Shown: positions 41,831 to 52,509, counted from the stretch's first letter. The stretch: DNA of 64,000 nucleotides from Deltaproteobacteria bacterium (GCA_026994795.1 JALWQB010000020.1:6113-70112); one strand, 5' to 3'. Numbers and translations: made by a program. The notes: generated by a model from the sequence alone, not told the origin.

Positions 41831-44551
41831 TTATGAGAGTCCGGTAAGCATTGTCAGGTTATCCCTGATCTTTTTAAGCTGCTCCCCAATCTCTTTAACC
41901 TTATTTTGTTCTTTCTCAACAATCTCCTTAGGCGCTTTTTTAAGGAAATTATCATTGTTTAATTTCGCCTCTGACTTTTTAAGGTCATTTAAGAGCTTTT
42001 TTTCTTGTTTTGTAAGTTTTCTTATCTCATCTTCAACATCAAGCAGCCCCTTTAAGGGTATAAAGACCTCTGAATTATTAAGCACTATAGAGGCAGAGCC
42101 TTTAGGCCGCCTTTTTCTATCTTCTATAAAGGCAATATCCTCAACCCTTGAAAGTCTCTTTATATAAACCTCATTATTTGCTATTATATCCCTTATCTTT
42201 TTATCCTGAGCGGCGATAATGATATTGAGCATTGCCCTTGGAGGTATATTGAGCTCTGCCCTTGTATTTCTAATGCCTCCTATAAGGGACATAAGAAACT
42301 GCATATCCTGCTCTGCCTCTTCATCAATTAGCTTTTCATCAGGGCAAGGGAACCTTGCTGATATTAAAAACCGCTCATCCCCTTGAGGCCGCGGCAGGTG
42401 CTGCCATAGCTCTTCTGTTACAAATGGTATAAATGGATGCAGCATACGAAGACTGCTGTCTAATACGGAAACCGCCGCTGAGAATGTCCTTTCTCTTTCA
42501 TTTTTGTCCTCAGACGCGATATGCGGCTTTATCATCTCAAGATACCAATCACAGAACTCATGCCAGAAAAAATAATATATCGCCTTTGCCGCGACATCAA
42601 AATCAAATGCGTCAAGAGATGACCTTACTGTCCTTATTGTCTTCATAAGGCGAGAGAGTATCCAGCGCTCTATAAGGATAAGCTCCGTCCTTTGCTCAGG
42701 TAATTTTTCTATGGGGATGGTTGTTGAGCAGTCGGGATTATTCATAAGCAAGAGCCTTGTCGCATTCCATATCTTGTTAATGAAGAACTTATATCCTTCA
42801 ATCCTGTCTTCCGAGAGCTTTATATCCCTTCCCTGAGCAGCAAGCACACTTAGCGTGAACCTCACTGCATCTGTCCCGTATTTTTCCATAATATCAAGGG
42901 GGTCAATCACATTGCCCTTTGATTTGCTCATTTTTTTGCCTTCTTTATCGCGGACAAGGGCATGGAGATACACATACTTAAACGGAGCGTCATTCATAAA
43001 GTGAATGCCCATCATCATCATCCTTGCCACCCAGAAAAAGAGTATATCAAAACTTGTTATAAGGACGCTCGTAGGATAAAACCGCTTTAGCTCTTCTGTT
43101 TCATCTGGCCAGCCAAGGGTTGAAAACGGCCATAGGGCAGAGCTGAACCATGTATCCAGCACATCGTCTTCCTGAACGATATTATTGCCCTTACAGTGAT
43201 GGCAATTTGACGGGGTATTGACATCCACTGTAATCCCCCCGCAATCCATACACTCCCATGCCGGTATCCTGTGGCCCCACCAGATCTGCCTTGAGATGCA
43301 CCAGTCCTTTATATTTGTCATCCATTCTTCATAGGTGCGGAACCAAGAATTGGGTATGAGCCTTGTCTTTCCCCCCTTTACCGCATCAAGGGCAGCCTTT
43401 GCAAGTGGCTCTACCTTTACGAACCACTGCTTGGAGAGCCTTGGCTCAACTACTGTCTTGCATCTATAGCAGCATCCAACAGCGTGAGAATGAGGCTCAA
43501 TCTCTTTAATGAGCCCCATTTCTTTAAGCGCCTTTATCACTGCCTCTCTTGCCTCATATCTCTCCATCCCCTTAAATGCTCCGCCATTCTCATTTATCCT
43601 TGCATTGGCGTCAAATATATTGACTGATGGAAGGTTGTGGCGAAGCGCTATCTCAAAGTCATTAAAGTCATGCGCAGGAGTAACCTTAACTGCCCCAGTA
43701 CCGAATTCCGGGTCAACATGCCTGTCAGCTATGACAGAGATCTTTCTGTCTGCAAGGGGCAATAAGAGATATTTGCCTATAAGCCCCCTGTAACGCATAT
43801 CATCTGTATTTACCGCAACAGCGGTATCTCCCAGCATGGTCTCAGGGCGCGTAGTCGCCACAGTGATATATTGGCCTGCAGATTTTCCATCTGCATCAAT
43901 CAAAGGGTATTTTATGTGCCATAAATGCCCTTGCCTATCCTCATGCTCAACCTCTATATCCGCAAGGGCGGTGTGGCATCTGGGGCACCAGTTTATTATA
44001 TAATCGCCTTTATATATAAGCCCTTCTTTATAAAGCCTTGTAAAGACCTCTCTTACAGCCCTTGAAAGCCCTTTATCCATTGTGAAGCGTTCATGCGACC
44101 AATCGCAAGAGCACCCAAGCCTCTTTAACTGCTCTATTATCCTGCCGCCGCTTTTCTCTTTCCACTGCCATACCCTCTCTATAAATTTCTCTCTTCCAAT
44201 ATCATGACGGCTTAAGCCCTCTTCAGCAAGCTGCCTTTCAACCACATTTTGAGTGGCAATGCCCGCATGGTCAGTGCCAGGCACCCATAACACAGAATAT
44301 CCATCCATCCTCTTATATCTTATAAGTATATCCTGAAGCGTATTATTCAAGGCATGTCCTATATGAAGCACCCCTGTCACATTAGGCGGCGGAATGACCA
44401 TAGAAAACTGCCTGTCTTTTTGAGAGACAGTATTTAATGGCCTGAAAAGCCCTTTTCTTTCCCATAATTCATACCATTTTCTCTCAACTGGCTGAAAATT
44501 GTATGCCTTTTCCAATAGCCTTGCATTATTATTCATTATTATCGTCTCCAT
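41831..44551 (-). CDS. valS: valine--tRNA ligase
   Basis: PPNVTGVLHIGHALN, KMSKSKGN and a C-terminal coiled coil. Confidence 0.97.
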   Translation of the reverse strand: METIIMNNNARLLEKAYNFQPVERKWYELWERKGLFRPLNTVSQKDRQFSMVIPPPNVTGVLHIGHALNNTLQDILIRYKRMDGYSVLWVPGTDHAGIATQNVVERQLAEEGLSRHDIGREKFIERVWQWKEKSGGRIIEQLKRLGCSCDWSHERFTMDKGLSRAVREVFTRLYKEGLIYKGDYIINWCPRCHTALADIEVEHEDRQGHLWHIKYPLIDADGKSAGQYITVATTRPETMLGDTAVAVNTDDMRYRGLIGKYLLLPLADRKISVIADRHVDPEFGTGAVKVTPAHDFNDFEIALRHNLPSVNIFDANARINENGGAFKGMERYEAREAVIKALKEMGLIKEIEPHSHAVGCCYRCKTVVEPRLSKQWFVKVEPLAKAALDAVKGGKTRLIPNSWFRTYEEWMTNIKDWCISRQIWWGHRIPAWECMDCGGITVDVNTPSNCHHCKGNNIVQEDDVLDTWFSSALWPFSTLGWPDETEELKRFYPTSVLITSFDILFFWVARMMMMGIHFMNDAPFKYVYLHALVRDKEGKKMSKSKGNVIDPLDIMEKYGTDAVRFTLSVLAAQGRDIKLSEDRIEGYKFFINKIWNATRLLLMNNPDCSTTIPIEKLPEQRTELILIERWILSRLMKTIRTVRSSLDAFDFDVAAKAIYYFFWHEFCDWYLEMIKPHIASEDKNERERTFSAAVSVLDSSLRMLHPFIPFVTEELWQHLPRPQGDERFLISARFPCPDEKLIDEEAEQDMQFLMSLIGGIRNTRAELNIPPRAMLNIIIAAQDKKIRDIIANNEVYIKRLSRVEDIAFIEDRKRRPKGSASIVLNNSEVFIPLKGLLDVEDEIRKLTKQEKKLLNDLKKSEAKLNNDNFLKKAPKEIVEKEQNKVKEIGEQLKKIRDNLTMLTGLS

Positions 44552-44756
44552 GCTGATTATATAATTTGCCCTTCTGGCGCAATGTCAGTTCATTGATTAG
44601 GTAAATAGACGCCCTGTCCTTCCTATGCCAGTTCGCCTTTTATCAAAACATAACAAACATAACAATATATCATATTTATTGCAAAGCCTTATTGCCTCTT
44701 TAATAAGCTCTTTTTTAACAGGCCTGAATCAGGCAGCGACTTAAATGATATGTTTT

Positions 44757-44962
44757 TTAGAAATCGTTCCAGTAGAATACCTCAAGAGCGGCATTGTCGT
44801 CATCAGATAGCTTCTTTATCCGTTTTGCTATCCGTCCCTGTCTGTGAGAGAAGTTTTTTTCAGTAAGTTTGTCTCTGCCGCATAAAGAGCCAGCCGAAGG
44901 CGCCTGTTCATGCAGTGATACCAAGGCGTCTTGTCCAAGGATGATATGGTTGTTCTTGACAT
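44757..44962 (-). pseudogene. frameshifted N-terminal relic of an IS200/Y1-transposase-like (COG1943-type) gene
   Basis: Frame A reads MSRTTISSLDKTPWYHCMNRRLRLA. The +2 frame continues LCGRDKLTEKNFSHRQGRIAKRIKKLS...*. Together they mimic the YH..SRCVRRAFLCG.D..TG..F.HRR.WI..R...LS N-terminus. The catalytic part is absent. Confidence 0.4.
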
Positions 44963-45442
44963 AGTCGTTTCTTTTAATTTTTTTTAGTCTTTTAAAATAA
45001 TTTTGCTTGCTTAAAAATAATTAACAAAATGGGGGTGTTTTTTATTGATGAAAACTTTTGTGGTTAATTTTAACCACTTATTTAAAAATAACCATTGGGC
45101 GTATAGAAAATAGATTATAATTCCCGAAAAATAAAAGTGCGATTTGGCAACACTCCAGCTTTTCCATCCATTGATGGTCCCTAAAAATGAAAAATGTGTT
45201 ATAAACATGGCCAAATCGTACATATATGAGTGGCTAACCCCTTACAAAAAATGTTACTTATTCGATTGTGCGAAATTGGCGCTCTCCAAATAATCTTTTA
45301 CAAAAGGATATTTTTATAGTGTGAAGTATTTTGAAAATAGGATTTCAGAAAAAATTAGGGCTTTACAGATGGATTGTTATATATTTAAATAGGCAGCTAA
45401 AAGGGTCTCCATATCTATGCTTAACTTTATGTTAATAGTTAA

Positions 45443-45458
45443 TGGCATATAAAATGCA
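45443..45458 (+). promoter_or_regulatory. sigma-54 (-24/-12) promoter candidate
   Basis: TGGCATATAAAATGCA against TGGCAC-N5-TTGCA. GG and GC have the exact spacing, and it lies ~165 nt upstream of the 1244-aa gene. Confidence 0.55.
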
Positions 45459-45624
45459 GTTAAAGAAAAGTAGTTTTTAAAAGGGCAGGAGACTCTAAAT
45501 TAATCAAGAAAGGGGGTGGTGACAACCTGTCTTTTAGAAGTTTATTAAAAAGTATCCTTAAATAAATTAGGGATTCTTTAAGTGGGTTATTAAAAATATA
45601 AAATTTAAAGGAGGAGGATTATTA

Positions 45625-48600
45625 ATGGTTGCTTTTAAGAAAAGGCTAATAGGTAGTATGTTTTTCGCCATCGCCTTTTTATTTGTCTGGGCGATGGGGG
45701 CAAATGCACGGGTTACAGATTTTAGGGTTGGGGTAGATCAGACTAATACCAACACTAGTATGGATGCCCGTGTAGTTGTAGAGTTGTTAGATGAAAATGG
45801 GAAGGTTGACCCAGTTGGTTATCAAGAGGTTGATACCTTAAGGGTCCTAATTAGTTCTGATCTTGGTACAGTAGGTAATTCAACTGTTATAGTTGGGGCG
45901 AGCAATAAGGGCGTTGTTGTCACTAATATAGATTATGACAGGGCTGGAGTAGATACTATTTATGTTACCGTAAAGGAAACATATTATACAGAGTCTGGGG
46001 ATACAGTGTCTACAAGAACTCGTATCATCGGTACAAAGACAGTGTCTGTGACTGTGACCCAAAGTGAAAATACTGCGGTTAAGTTACAAGTTGCTTCTAT
46101 AGAGCCGACTTCTCCAATGGTTACAAATGAGGCATCATGTGGCTCTGCTGATACTTGTAAGACTGCTGGTACTGCTAAGGTAGTTGCAGGACGTGGATTT
46201 TCTATTAGGATTGAGGCCAAAAATGCCCGTGGAAATACTGTTACATCCCAGAATAATGAAGTAACTGTTCAATTCGTTGGAATTGATGAGTCTGTTGTAA
46301 ATAACAGAGCCAAAGATAGTTATTCAGATTGTGCCTATGCAGAGGTTACAGGGCAATTTGTTAATGGGGTAGCATTAATTTCTGTCCCAGCCTCAACTCT
46401 TACAGAAGCAGGTAGATATAAAATATACCTTAAGGCGGCAAGTGCTTCTACATGGTCAGGATACGCTCGCGATGATCAGGATTATTACATTGATATTTAT
46501 CCGTCTGATCCTTCTAAGATTGTAGCTTTTTGGTATGGAGGTGCTTCTTATGGAGAGACCCTGTATACAAACGTTGATATGAGTAATTATTCTGGAGTTG
46601 CTCCCACTACACTCTATTTTGCAATAGAAGATGAATACGGGAATATCGTTTATAATCCTAACTTTTCTGCTAATCCACAGATAAGGGTAACATGTGGTTC
46701 TGCTTCTCATACTTATACCTTGACAAATTCAGGTGACTTAAGTGGAAGTAGTGCTTATTTAACTTATACTCAAGCATGGAATAACGATATTGGCATTACA
46801 AGCGGCTCTTGTGTCAGTATTAGTTCCAATGGCACAAGAACGACGGGCACTTTGAATTTTTCTTATATAAATTCAGATCAGGTAACTCCATCTGTTACCT
46901 TAGATACTTCTTCTCTTAATTTCTATGCCTATGCTCAGGGATTTTATTTGGTTAATTTCCCGGCAGAGCGTTTTGGAAAGACTTCTAATAATTTGACCGC
47001 AGGTATTCCACAGGCTTATAGTAGCGCCCCTGAGGATGGGAATATCACAAAACTTATAAGTTATGCTGGTTGCAGTTCTGCTCCATGTAATTCTACAAAT
47101 ACATCATCAACTCTTAAGCATATTAATTCTGAGTGGGATACTTGTTCAGAAGGTCCTACTGTTACTATAAGTCTTTACGGCCCTTGTCCAAGTGGTAGTC
47201 AGTGTGGAGATGATAGCTATTTGTTAGTTGAGACCCAAACAGCTAAACTAGTGCCAGGTGGTAATTCTACTTCTCTTTCTGTTACTGGGACTCATATTGG
47301 TCATTTAGCCTTAAAGTCTAATACATTCCGCATTAATTACGCCAATGGTAACATAACTAAGATGTGTATCTCTTATGCTGATGATAGTGATCAAAAATAT
47401 ATAATGAAAGGTTGCTGGACTAATTCTACACTTACAGACCATATTATCGTGAAGCCTGACCTCAATGCTCCTTCATCTATTGCTGTGATAAAGAGACAGT
47501 CATTAGATTATATGCCTGGTTGCGAGGCTTATGGAATAGGTAATTCTTCTGTAGAGGTAGATACCGTGGTTGCTTTGCCTAAGTATGGAGAGACAGATGC
47601 ACCTGTTATATTTAGTGATTTAAAATATTGGGATGCCGGTGCAGAAAACCAGAGGTCTGACCTGTTATATGATGTACAAGATATTGTGAGTGATGTAAAT
47701 GCTACATCCTATAGGGATAGTAAGTATATGTATAAGGCAAAGGAGTGGTACACTATTCGTGTAAAAGATGCGCAAGGTAATTATATTACTGATACTAACT
47801 CTACTTATCTTAAGACCGGAAGTTCGTGGTTTGTATCGTCCGAAGGCGCCTCTGTTGATTCCCGTCCAACTAACTGGGTAAATGAAAGTGATGCAAATGT
47901 CTCATATGGAGAGAGTATTTCAAGCGATACTGCTACTATTAAGGCTGCGAGTAGCTTGACTAAGACGCTCAATGTCGTGGTTGATAGGGTTGGCTCTCCT
48001 TCAACAATAGAATTTAGCGTACCATCTGATTACGCATTGGTTAATTCTTATATGCCAGTGATTGTAAAGGCGAAAAATTCAAGCGGTTCTGCAGTTGATA
48101 CCAGTGCTAACCTTACATTAATGATAAGCAATACAGATATGGTTAGGGCTTACCATGTTGATTCAAATAAAGAGCCAAATACAACTAATGAGATTGCCTC
48201 AGGAGATGCTGAGATTGCTACTTATGGTGATAATAGTTTTGCTCATATTTCTACTGGAACAGCTATCTTTTATATAAAGACCTATTCTACTACTGGTGAT
48301 GTTACATTGACTGTAAGAGATACTTCAGGCTCACTTAGCGGGACTAAGACAATACATATCGTAGAGAAGCTATCTGATGTTCCTGTTGCAATTGGCGGCG
48401 TTTCAATTACTCCAACCAGTGTATCCCTTAACACAGAAGCCACTCAAGAGCTTACTGTCAGGGTTGTAGATGATGGCGGAAGGGCAGTTACAAGCAAAGA
48501 GGTAACCCTTAGCGTAAGCGATGATACTATAGTAACCTTAGATGCCACTACTTGTACAACTGACGCCTCTGGTGAGTGTACTGTAACAGCTACTGCTGGC

Positions 48601-49359
48601 TCTGAGGCAGGAGAAGCAACTGTAACAGCTACTGCAGATAGCGTGCAGGGAACAACTACTATTACTGTAAGCGCTCCAACTGCTACTTGCGATGCAGATA
48701 ACCTTGATCAGTGCACAACCGAGTCTGACTGCACATCTGCAGGCGGCTCTTGGGATGCTGATGCCTCTACCTGCTCTGCTGCAACTGAGGAAGAGACTAC
48801 CACTGAAGAGGAAACCACTACTGAGGAAGAAACCACCACCGAAGAAGAGACTACTGAAGGCGAGGAGACCGCTGAAGAAACTGAGACTACTGAGGAAGAG
48901 ACTACAACAACTTCTGAGGATCCAACCAGCATAAGCGCAACAGGCGGTGGGTTTGACAGTGAGGCAACTGACCCAACTAAGAAGACAGTAGAGGTTAATT
49001 CAGAAGAGGTTGAGACCGTCAGCATTTCCCCAGTTATTACCGTTGATAACCCGCCTGAAGGCGAGGTGAAATACTATGCGGCAGTGGTTATTGGCGCTGA
49101 TATATATCTTGCCAAAGAGACTACTACCGTATTTGGAACCAAGAAGGTTGAGCTCGCGCTTTATGATGGAACAATTCCATATTATGGCACTGGCACAGTG
49201 GGTGATACCTTTGAGTGCGATGGTATTTCTCAGGCTGTAGGCGGCTCTATACCAACAAGCGTCCTTTCAGGAATGGAGTTCATGGTGTACTGCGGGTTCG
49301 CGGCAGAGGATGACCTCTCTGACTTTGTTGGTGTTGCATATACAGTGTCAGTAGAATAG
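45625..49359 (+). CDS. large secreted surface protein (S/T/N-rich; Ig-like Big domain, Cys-rich module, acidic E/T repeats)
   Basis: Signal peptide MVAFKKRLIGSMFFAIAFLFVWAMGANA. Big-like segment VSITPTSVSLNTEATQELTVRVVDDGG...ATVTATADSVQGTTTITVS. Then CDADNLDQCTTESDCTSAGGSWDADASTC and the TEEETTT repeats. Confidence 0.85.
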   Translation: MVAFKKRLIGSMFFAIAFLFVWAMGANARVTDFRVGVDQTNTNTSMDARVVVELLDENGKVDPVGYQEVDTLRVLISSDLGTVGNSTVIVGASNKGVVVTNIDYDRAGVDTIYVTVKETYYTESGDTVSTRTRIIGTKTVSVTVTQSENTAVKLQVASIEPTSPMVTNEASCGSADTCKTAGTAKVVAGRGFSIRIEAKNARGNTVTSQNNEVTVQFVGIDESVVNNRAKDSYSDCAYAEVTGQFVNGVALISVPASTLTEAGRYKIYLKAASASTWSGYARDDQDYYIDIYPSDPSKIVAFWYGGASYGETLYTNVDMSNYSGVAPTTLYFAIEDEYGNIVYNPNFSANPQIRVTCGSASHTYTLTNSGDLSGSSAYLTYTQAWNNDIGITSGSCVSISSNGTRTTGTLNFSYINSDQVTPSVTLDTSSLNFYAYAQGFYLVNFPAERFGKTSNNLTAGIPQAYSSAPEDGNITKLISYAGCSSAPCNSTNTSSTLKHINSEWDTCSEGPTVTISLYGPCPSGSQCGDDSYLLVETQTAKLVPGGNSTSLSVTGTHIGHLALKSNTFRINYANGNITKMCISYADDSDQKYIMKGCWTNSTLTDHIIVKPDLNAPSSIAVIKRQSLDYMPGCEAYGIGNSSVEVDTVVALPKYGETDAPVIFSDLKYWDAGAENQRSDLLYDVQDIVSDVNATSYRDSKYMYKAKEWYTIRVKDAQGNYITDTNSTYLKTGSSWFVSSEGASVDSRPTNWVNESDANVSYGESISSDTATIKAASSLTKTLNVVVDRVGSPSTIEFSVPSDYALVNSYMPVIVKAKNSSGSAVDTSANLTLMISNTDMVRAYHVDSNKEPNTTNEIASGDAEIATYGDNSFAHISTGTAIFYIKTYSTTGDVTLTVRDTSGSLSGTKTIHIVEKLSDVPVAIGGVSITPTSVSLNTEATQELTVRVVDDGGRAVTSKEVTLSVSDDTIVTLDATTCTTDASGECTVTATAGSEAGEATVTATADSVQGTTTITVSAPTATCDADNLDQCTTESDCTSAGGSWDADASTCSAATEEETTTEEETTTEEETTTEEETTEGEETAEETETTEEETTTTSEDPTSISATGGGFDSEATDPTKKTVEVNSEEVETVSISPVITVDNPPEGEVKYYAAVVIGADIYLAKETTTVFGTKKVELALYDGTIPYYGTGTVGDTFECDGISQAVGGSIPTSVLSGMEFMVYCGFAAEDDLSDFVGVAYTVSVE
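48784..48917 (+). repeat. in-frame tandem repeat encoding (E-E-E-T-T-T)n
   Basis: actgaggaagagactaccactgaagaggaaaccactactgaggaagaaaccaccaccgaagaagagactact..., an 18-nt periodicity. Confidence 0.85.
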
Positions 49360-49427
49360 TAGGTATATATAGGCATAGCGTTTTATTTAATCCCTTTAGG
49401 GGATTAGATGAGATATGCTAAAAAAAG

Positions 49428-49468
49428 AAGGCGGCTGTCAAATGATAATGATAGCCGCCTTTTGTTTT
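49428..49468 (+). terminator. rho-independent terminator after the surface-protein gene
   Basis: aaggcggct / agccgcctt stem followed by ttttgtttt. Confidence 0.7.
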
Positions 49469-49915
49469 GGATGATGTAATAAGATTTCGATAAAGGAGCA
49501 TTTAATCAAGGGAGAATAATATTATTAGTAGAGAATATATCAGGAATGTGGTTTCTGATGAAGTAATAAGGATAGCTGAGGGGAAAAGAGAGTTATTAAA
49601 AAATATATTACCTTAAGCCCGGTATCGTTGAAGGAAGGCCGGAGATTTGGAGGTAATTTTCAGGGCAATATTTAAATCGTTTTTAGGGATGTTAAACGGG
49701 AATCAAATACAGTATAATAATAAGACTTAGAGACTTTAGGATAAGGAGCAGTTTCAAAAGTTCTTTGCAAGAGGAACTTTCAAAGAGGGATATTTGTTTG
49801 GAAGCAGAAATTAATCGTGAGATAAAGAATTTTGGTATTCAGACGATCCTTTTTCTAATAACAAGTGCGAAACTTTAGTAACTAATAGAAAAACAGGTCA
49901 TTAAAGGGGCAGTAT

Positions 49916-50623
49916 ATGTTTACAGGCATAGCGCTCGGGATGGGCGCGATATCGTCTATTCAGCCAGCAGGCGGTGATGGGCTGAACCTTAAGATTAAGA
50001 CAGGGTTTAAATTGTCTTCACCGCAGGTTGGAGAGAGCATTTCAGTAAATGGCGTATGCCTTACCGCCACTGAGATAACAACTTATGGCTTCTGTGCTGA
50101 TGTTTCTCCTGAGACCATGTCAAGGACTGCGCTTAATACCCTAAAAATAGGCGATAAGGTAAACCTTGAAAGGGCGATTTCTATGTCTGACAGGTTAGGA
50201 GGCCATATTGTTACTGGCCACATAGATACTGTTGGGACTGTTAGGGGGAAAAGGGCGTTAAGGGGTTTTTATGAATATGAGATAGGGGTAGAAAGGGAGT
50301 TTATGCGTTATATTGTGGAAAAGGGCTCTATCGCAATAGATGGAATAAGCCTTACGGTGAATGCTGTTGGAGATGGCTGGTTTAATGTCGCCATAATACC
50401 TCATACTGCCCAGATTACCACAATGGGATTGAGAAATATAGGGGATAGGGTAAATATTGAGCTTGATATTATCGGGAAGTATATTGAAAAAATGCTTTCC
50501 CCTTGGATAGATAAGCTGTCAGGCGGTAGAAACCCTGATAAGGCGGGACGGGGCATAGCGCCTGATGTCTCAAACAGCGGTATTGATGAAGAATTTTTGA
50601 CAAAATATGGATTTTTGAGGTGA
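49916..50623 (+). CDS. ribE: riboflavin synthase
   Basis: [16 protein letters not shown] and [13 protein letters not shown], with the duplicated barrel pattern. Confidence 0.9.
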   Translation: MFTGIALGMGAISSIQPAGGDGLNLKIKTGFKLSSPQVGESISVNGVCLTATEITTYGFCADVSPETMSRTALNTLKIGDKVNLERAISMSDRLGGHIVTGHIDTVGTVRGKRALRGFYEYEIGVEREFMRYIVEKGSIAIDGISLTVNAVGDGWFNVAIIPHTAQITTMGLRNIGDRVNIELDIIGKYIEKMLSPWIDKLSGGRNPDKAGRGIAPDVSNSGIDEEFLTKYGFLR

Positions 50624-50628
50624 TAATT

Positions 50629-51873
50629 ATGTCAGTTGCTACAATAGAAGAGGCAATACAGGATATAAGAGACGGTAAGATAATAATCCTTGTAGATGAT
50701 GAGGACAGGGAAAACGAGGGCGACCTTACCATGGCAGCAGAGAAGGTTACGCCCGAGGCCATAAACTTTATGGCACGGTATGGGAGGGGCCTTATCTGTC
50801 TTTCTCTTACGGAGGAGGATGTTGAAAGGCTCAAGCTCCCTATGATGACATCAAGAAACACATCGCGTTTTGGCACTGCCTTTACTGTCTCCATTGAGGC
50901 GAGAGAGGGGGTTACTACAGGTATTTCAGCCTATGACAGGGCGCATACCATACTCACCGCCATAGATGAGCAAAATGGCCCTGAGGCAATTGCCACCCCC
51001 GGCCATGTGTTTCCATTAAAGGCGAGAAGGGGCGGGGTGCTTGTGAGGGCAGGTCAGACAGAGGGCTCTGTTGACCTTGCCCGTCTTGCAGGGATCAAGC
51101 CTGCTGGGGTGATATGTGAGATCATGAACGATGACGGCACAATGGCAAGGATGCCTGACCTTGAAAAGTTTGCCGCACGCCATGGCCTTAAGATTGTAAC
51201 TATCCGCGACCTCATTGCATACAGGCTGAGAAAGGAGTCGTTTGTAAAGAGGGAGGTGGAGACGAGGCTTCCCTCACGCTATGGCGGTGAGTGGAGGCTT
51301 ATAGCCTATTCAAGCGAGCTTGACCCTTATGAGCACCTTGCCCTCATCTATGGCGACAGCGAGATTGGCGAGGATGAGGAGATAATAGTAAGGGTCCACT
51401 CAGAGTGCCTTACAGGAGATGCCCTTGGCTCTCTTCGCTGTGACTGCGGCCCGCAGCTTCACAAGGCAATGCTTCAGATAGCAAGGGAAGGCAGGGGGAT
51501 ACTCCTGTATATGAGGCAAGAGGGGCGTGGCATAGGTCTTTTAAACAAGTTGAGGGCATATTGTCTGCAGGATGAGGGAAAAGATACTGTAGAGGCCAAT
51601 AAGGAACTCGGGTTTCAGGCAGACTTGAGGGACTATGGCGTAGGAGCGCAGATATTGCGAGACCTTGGCGTAAAGAAGATGAGGCTTATGACCAATAACC
51701 CCAAAAAGATTGTGGGGCTTGAGGGCTATGGCCTTGAGGTTGTTGAAAGGGTGCCAATAGAGATACCGCCTCAGGAGGAAAACTTTAATTATTTGCGTTG
51801 TAAGAAGGAAAAAATGGGACATATTTTAAATGTAGTGGAGGATACGGCCTCTAAGGTAGAGGCGCTACATTAG
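50629..51873 (+). CDS. ribBA: bifunctional DHBP synthase / GTP cyclohydrolase II
   Basis: [18 protein letters not shown] and [20 protein letters not shown]. Confidence 0.95.
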   Translation: MSVATIEEAIQDIRDGKIIILVDDEDRENEGDLTMAAEKVTPEAINFMARYGRGLICLSLTEEDVERLKLPMMTSRNTSRFGTAFTVSIEAREGVTTGISAYDRAHTILTAIDEQNGPEAIATPGHVFPLKARRGGVLVRAGQTEGSVDLARLAGIKPAGVICEIMNDDGTMARMPDLEKFAARHGLKIVTIRDLIAYRLRKESFVKREVETRLPSRYGGEWRLIAYSSELDPYEHLALIYGDSEIGEDEEIIVRVHSECLTGDALGSLRCDCGPQLHKAMLQIAREGRGILLYMRQEGRGIGLLNKLRAYCLQDEGKDTVEANKELGFQADLRDYGVGAQILRDLGVKKMRLMTNNPKKIVGLEGYGLEVVERVPIEIPPQEENFNYLRCKKEKMGHILNVVEDTASKVEALH

Positions 51874-51958
51874 GCTGCGTTATTTAAGATATAAATTGAG
51901 GTTTAGATTAAGGCGTAAATGATTGAGCATTTTAATGAATAAGTTAAGGAGTTAAATT

Positions 51959-52471
51959 ATGTCTAATTCAAGGGCTAATACAGGAAGTGTTAATCAAATA
52001 AACAAGATAAATGTGCTTGAAGGCCATTTATCTGCTGATGGGTTAAGGATTGGCATAGTTATATCAAGGTTTAATGAGTTTATATCATCCAAGCTCCTTA
52101 CAGGGGCGCTGGATGCCCTTTTCAGGCATGGGGCAAGGGCGGAGGATATTACAGCGGCATGGGTGCCCGGGGCATTTGAACTCCCGCTTGTGGCAAAGAA
52201 GATGGCAAAAACAGGCTCATTTGATTGTATAATCTGTTTGGGCTGCATTATAAGGGGCTCAACCCCTCACTTTGATTTTGTAGCAGCAGAGGCATCAAAA
52301 GGGATTGCCCAGACTGCCCTTGAGGTTGAATGCCCTATCGCCTTTGGCGTATTGACCACTGATACAATAGAGCAGGCAATAGAGCGCGCTGGCACAAAGG
52401 CAGGGAATAAGGGGTGGGACGCAGCCCTTTCCGCTATAGAGATGGTGAATTTAACAAGGGCATTGGCATAA
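51959..52471 (+). CDS. ribH: 6,7-dimethyl-8-ribityllumazine synthase
   Basis: [21 protein letters not shown] and GTPHFDFVA-like [11 protein letters not shown]. Confidence 0.95.
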   Translation: MSNSRANTGSVNQINKINVLEGHLSADGLRIGIVISRFNEFISSKLLTGALDALFRHGARAEDITAAWVPGAFELPLVAKKMAKTGSFDCIICLGCIIRGSTPHFDFVAAEASKGIAQTALEVECPIAFGVLTTDTIEQAIERAGTKAGNKGWDAALSAIEMVNLTRALA

Positions 52472-52509
52472 GATTATAAGTCTATTGATTTATCAATAAT
52501 TATAGATAG

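Noticed and set aside
48692-49025. Alternative-frame ORFs (80 aa plus strand, 105 aa minus strand) over the acidic repeat of the surface protein
   Set aside because: They are low-complexity products of the GAA/ACT repeat (KKR.LL.. and SSVVVS..) and lie entirely inside a long, well-supported CDS.
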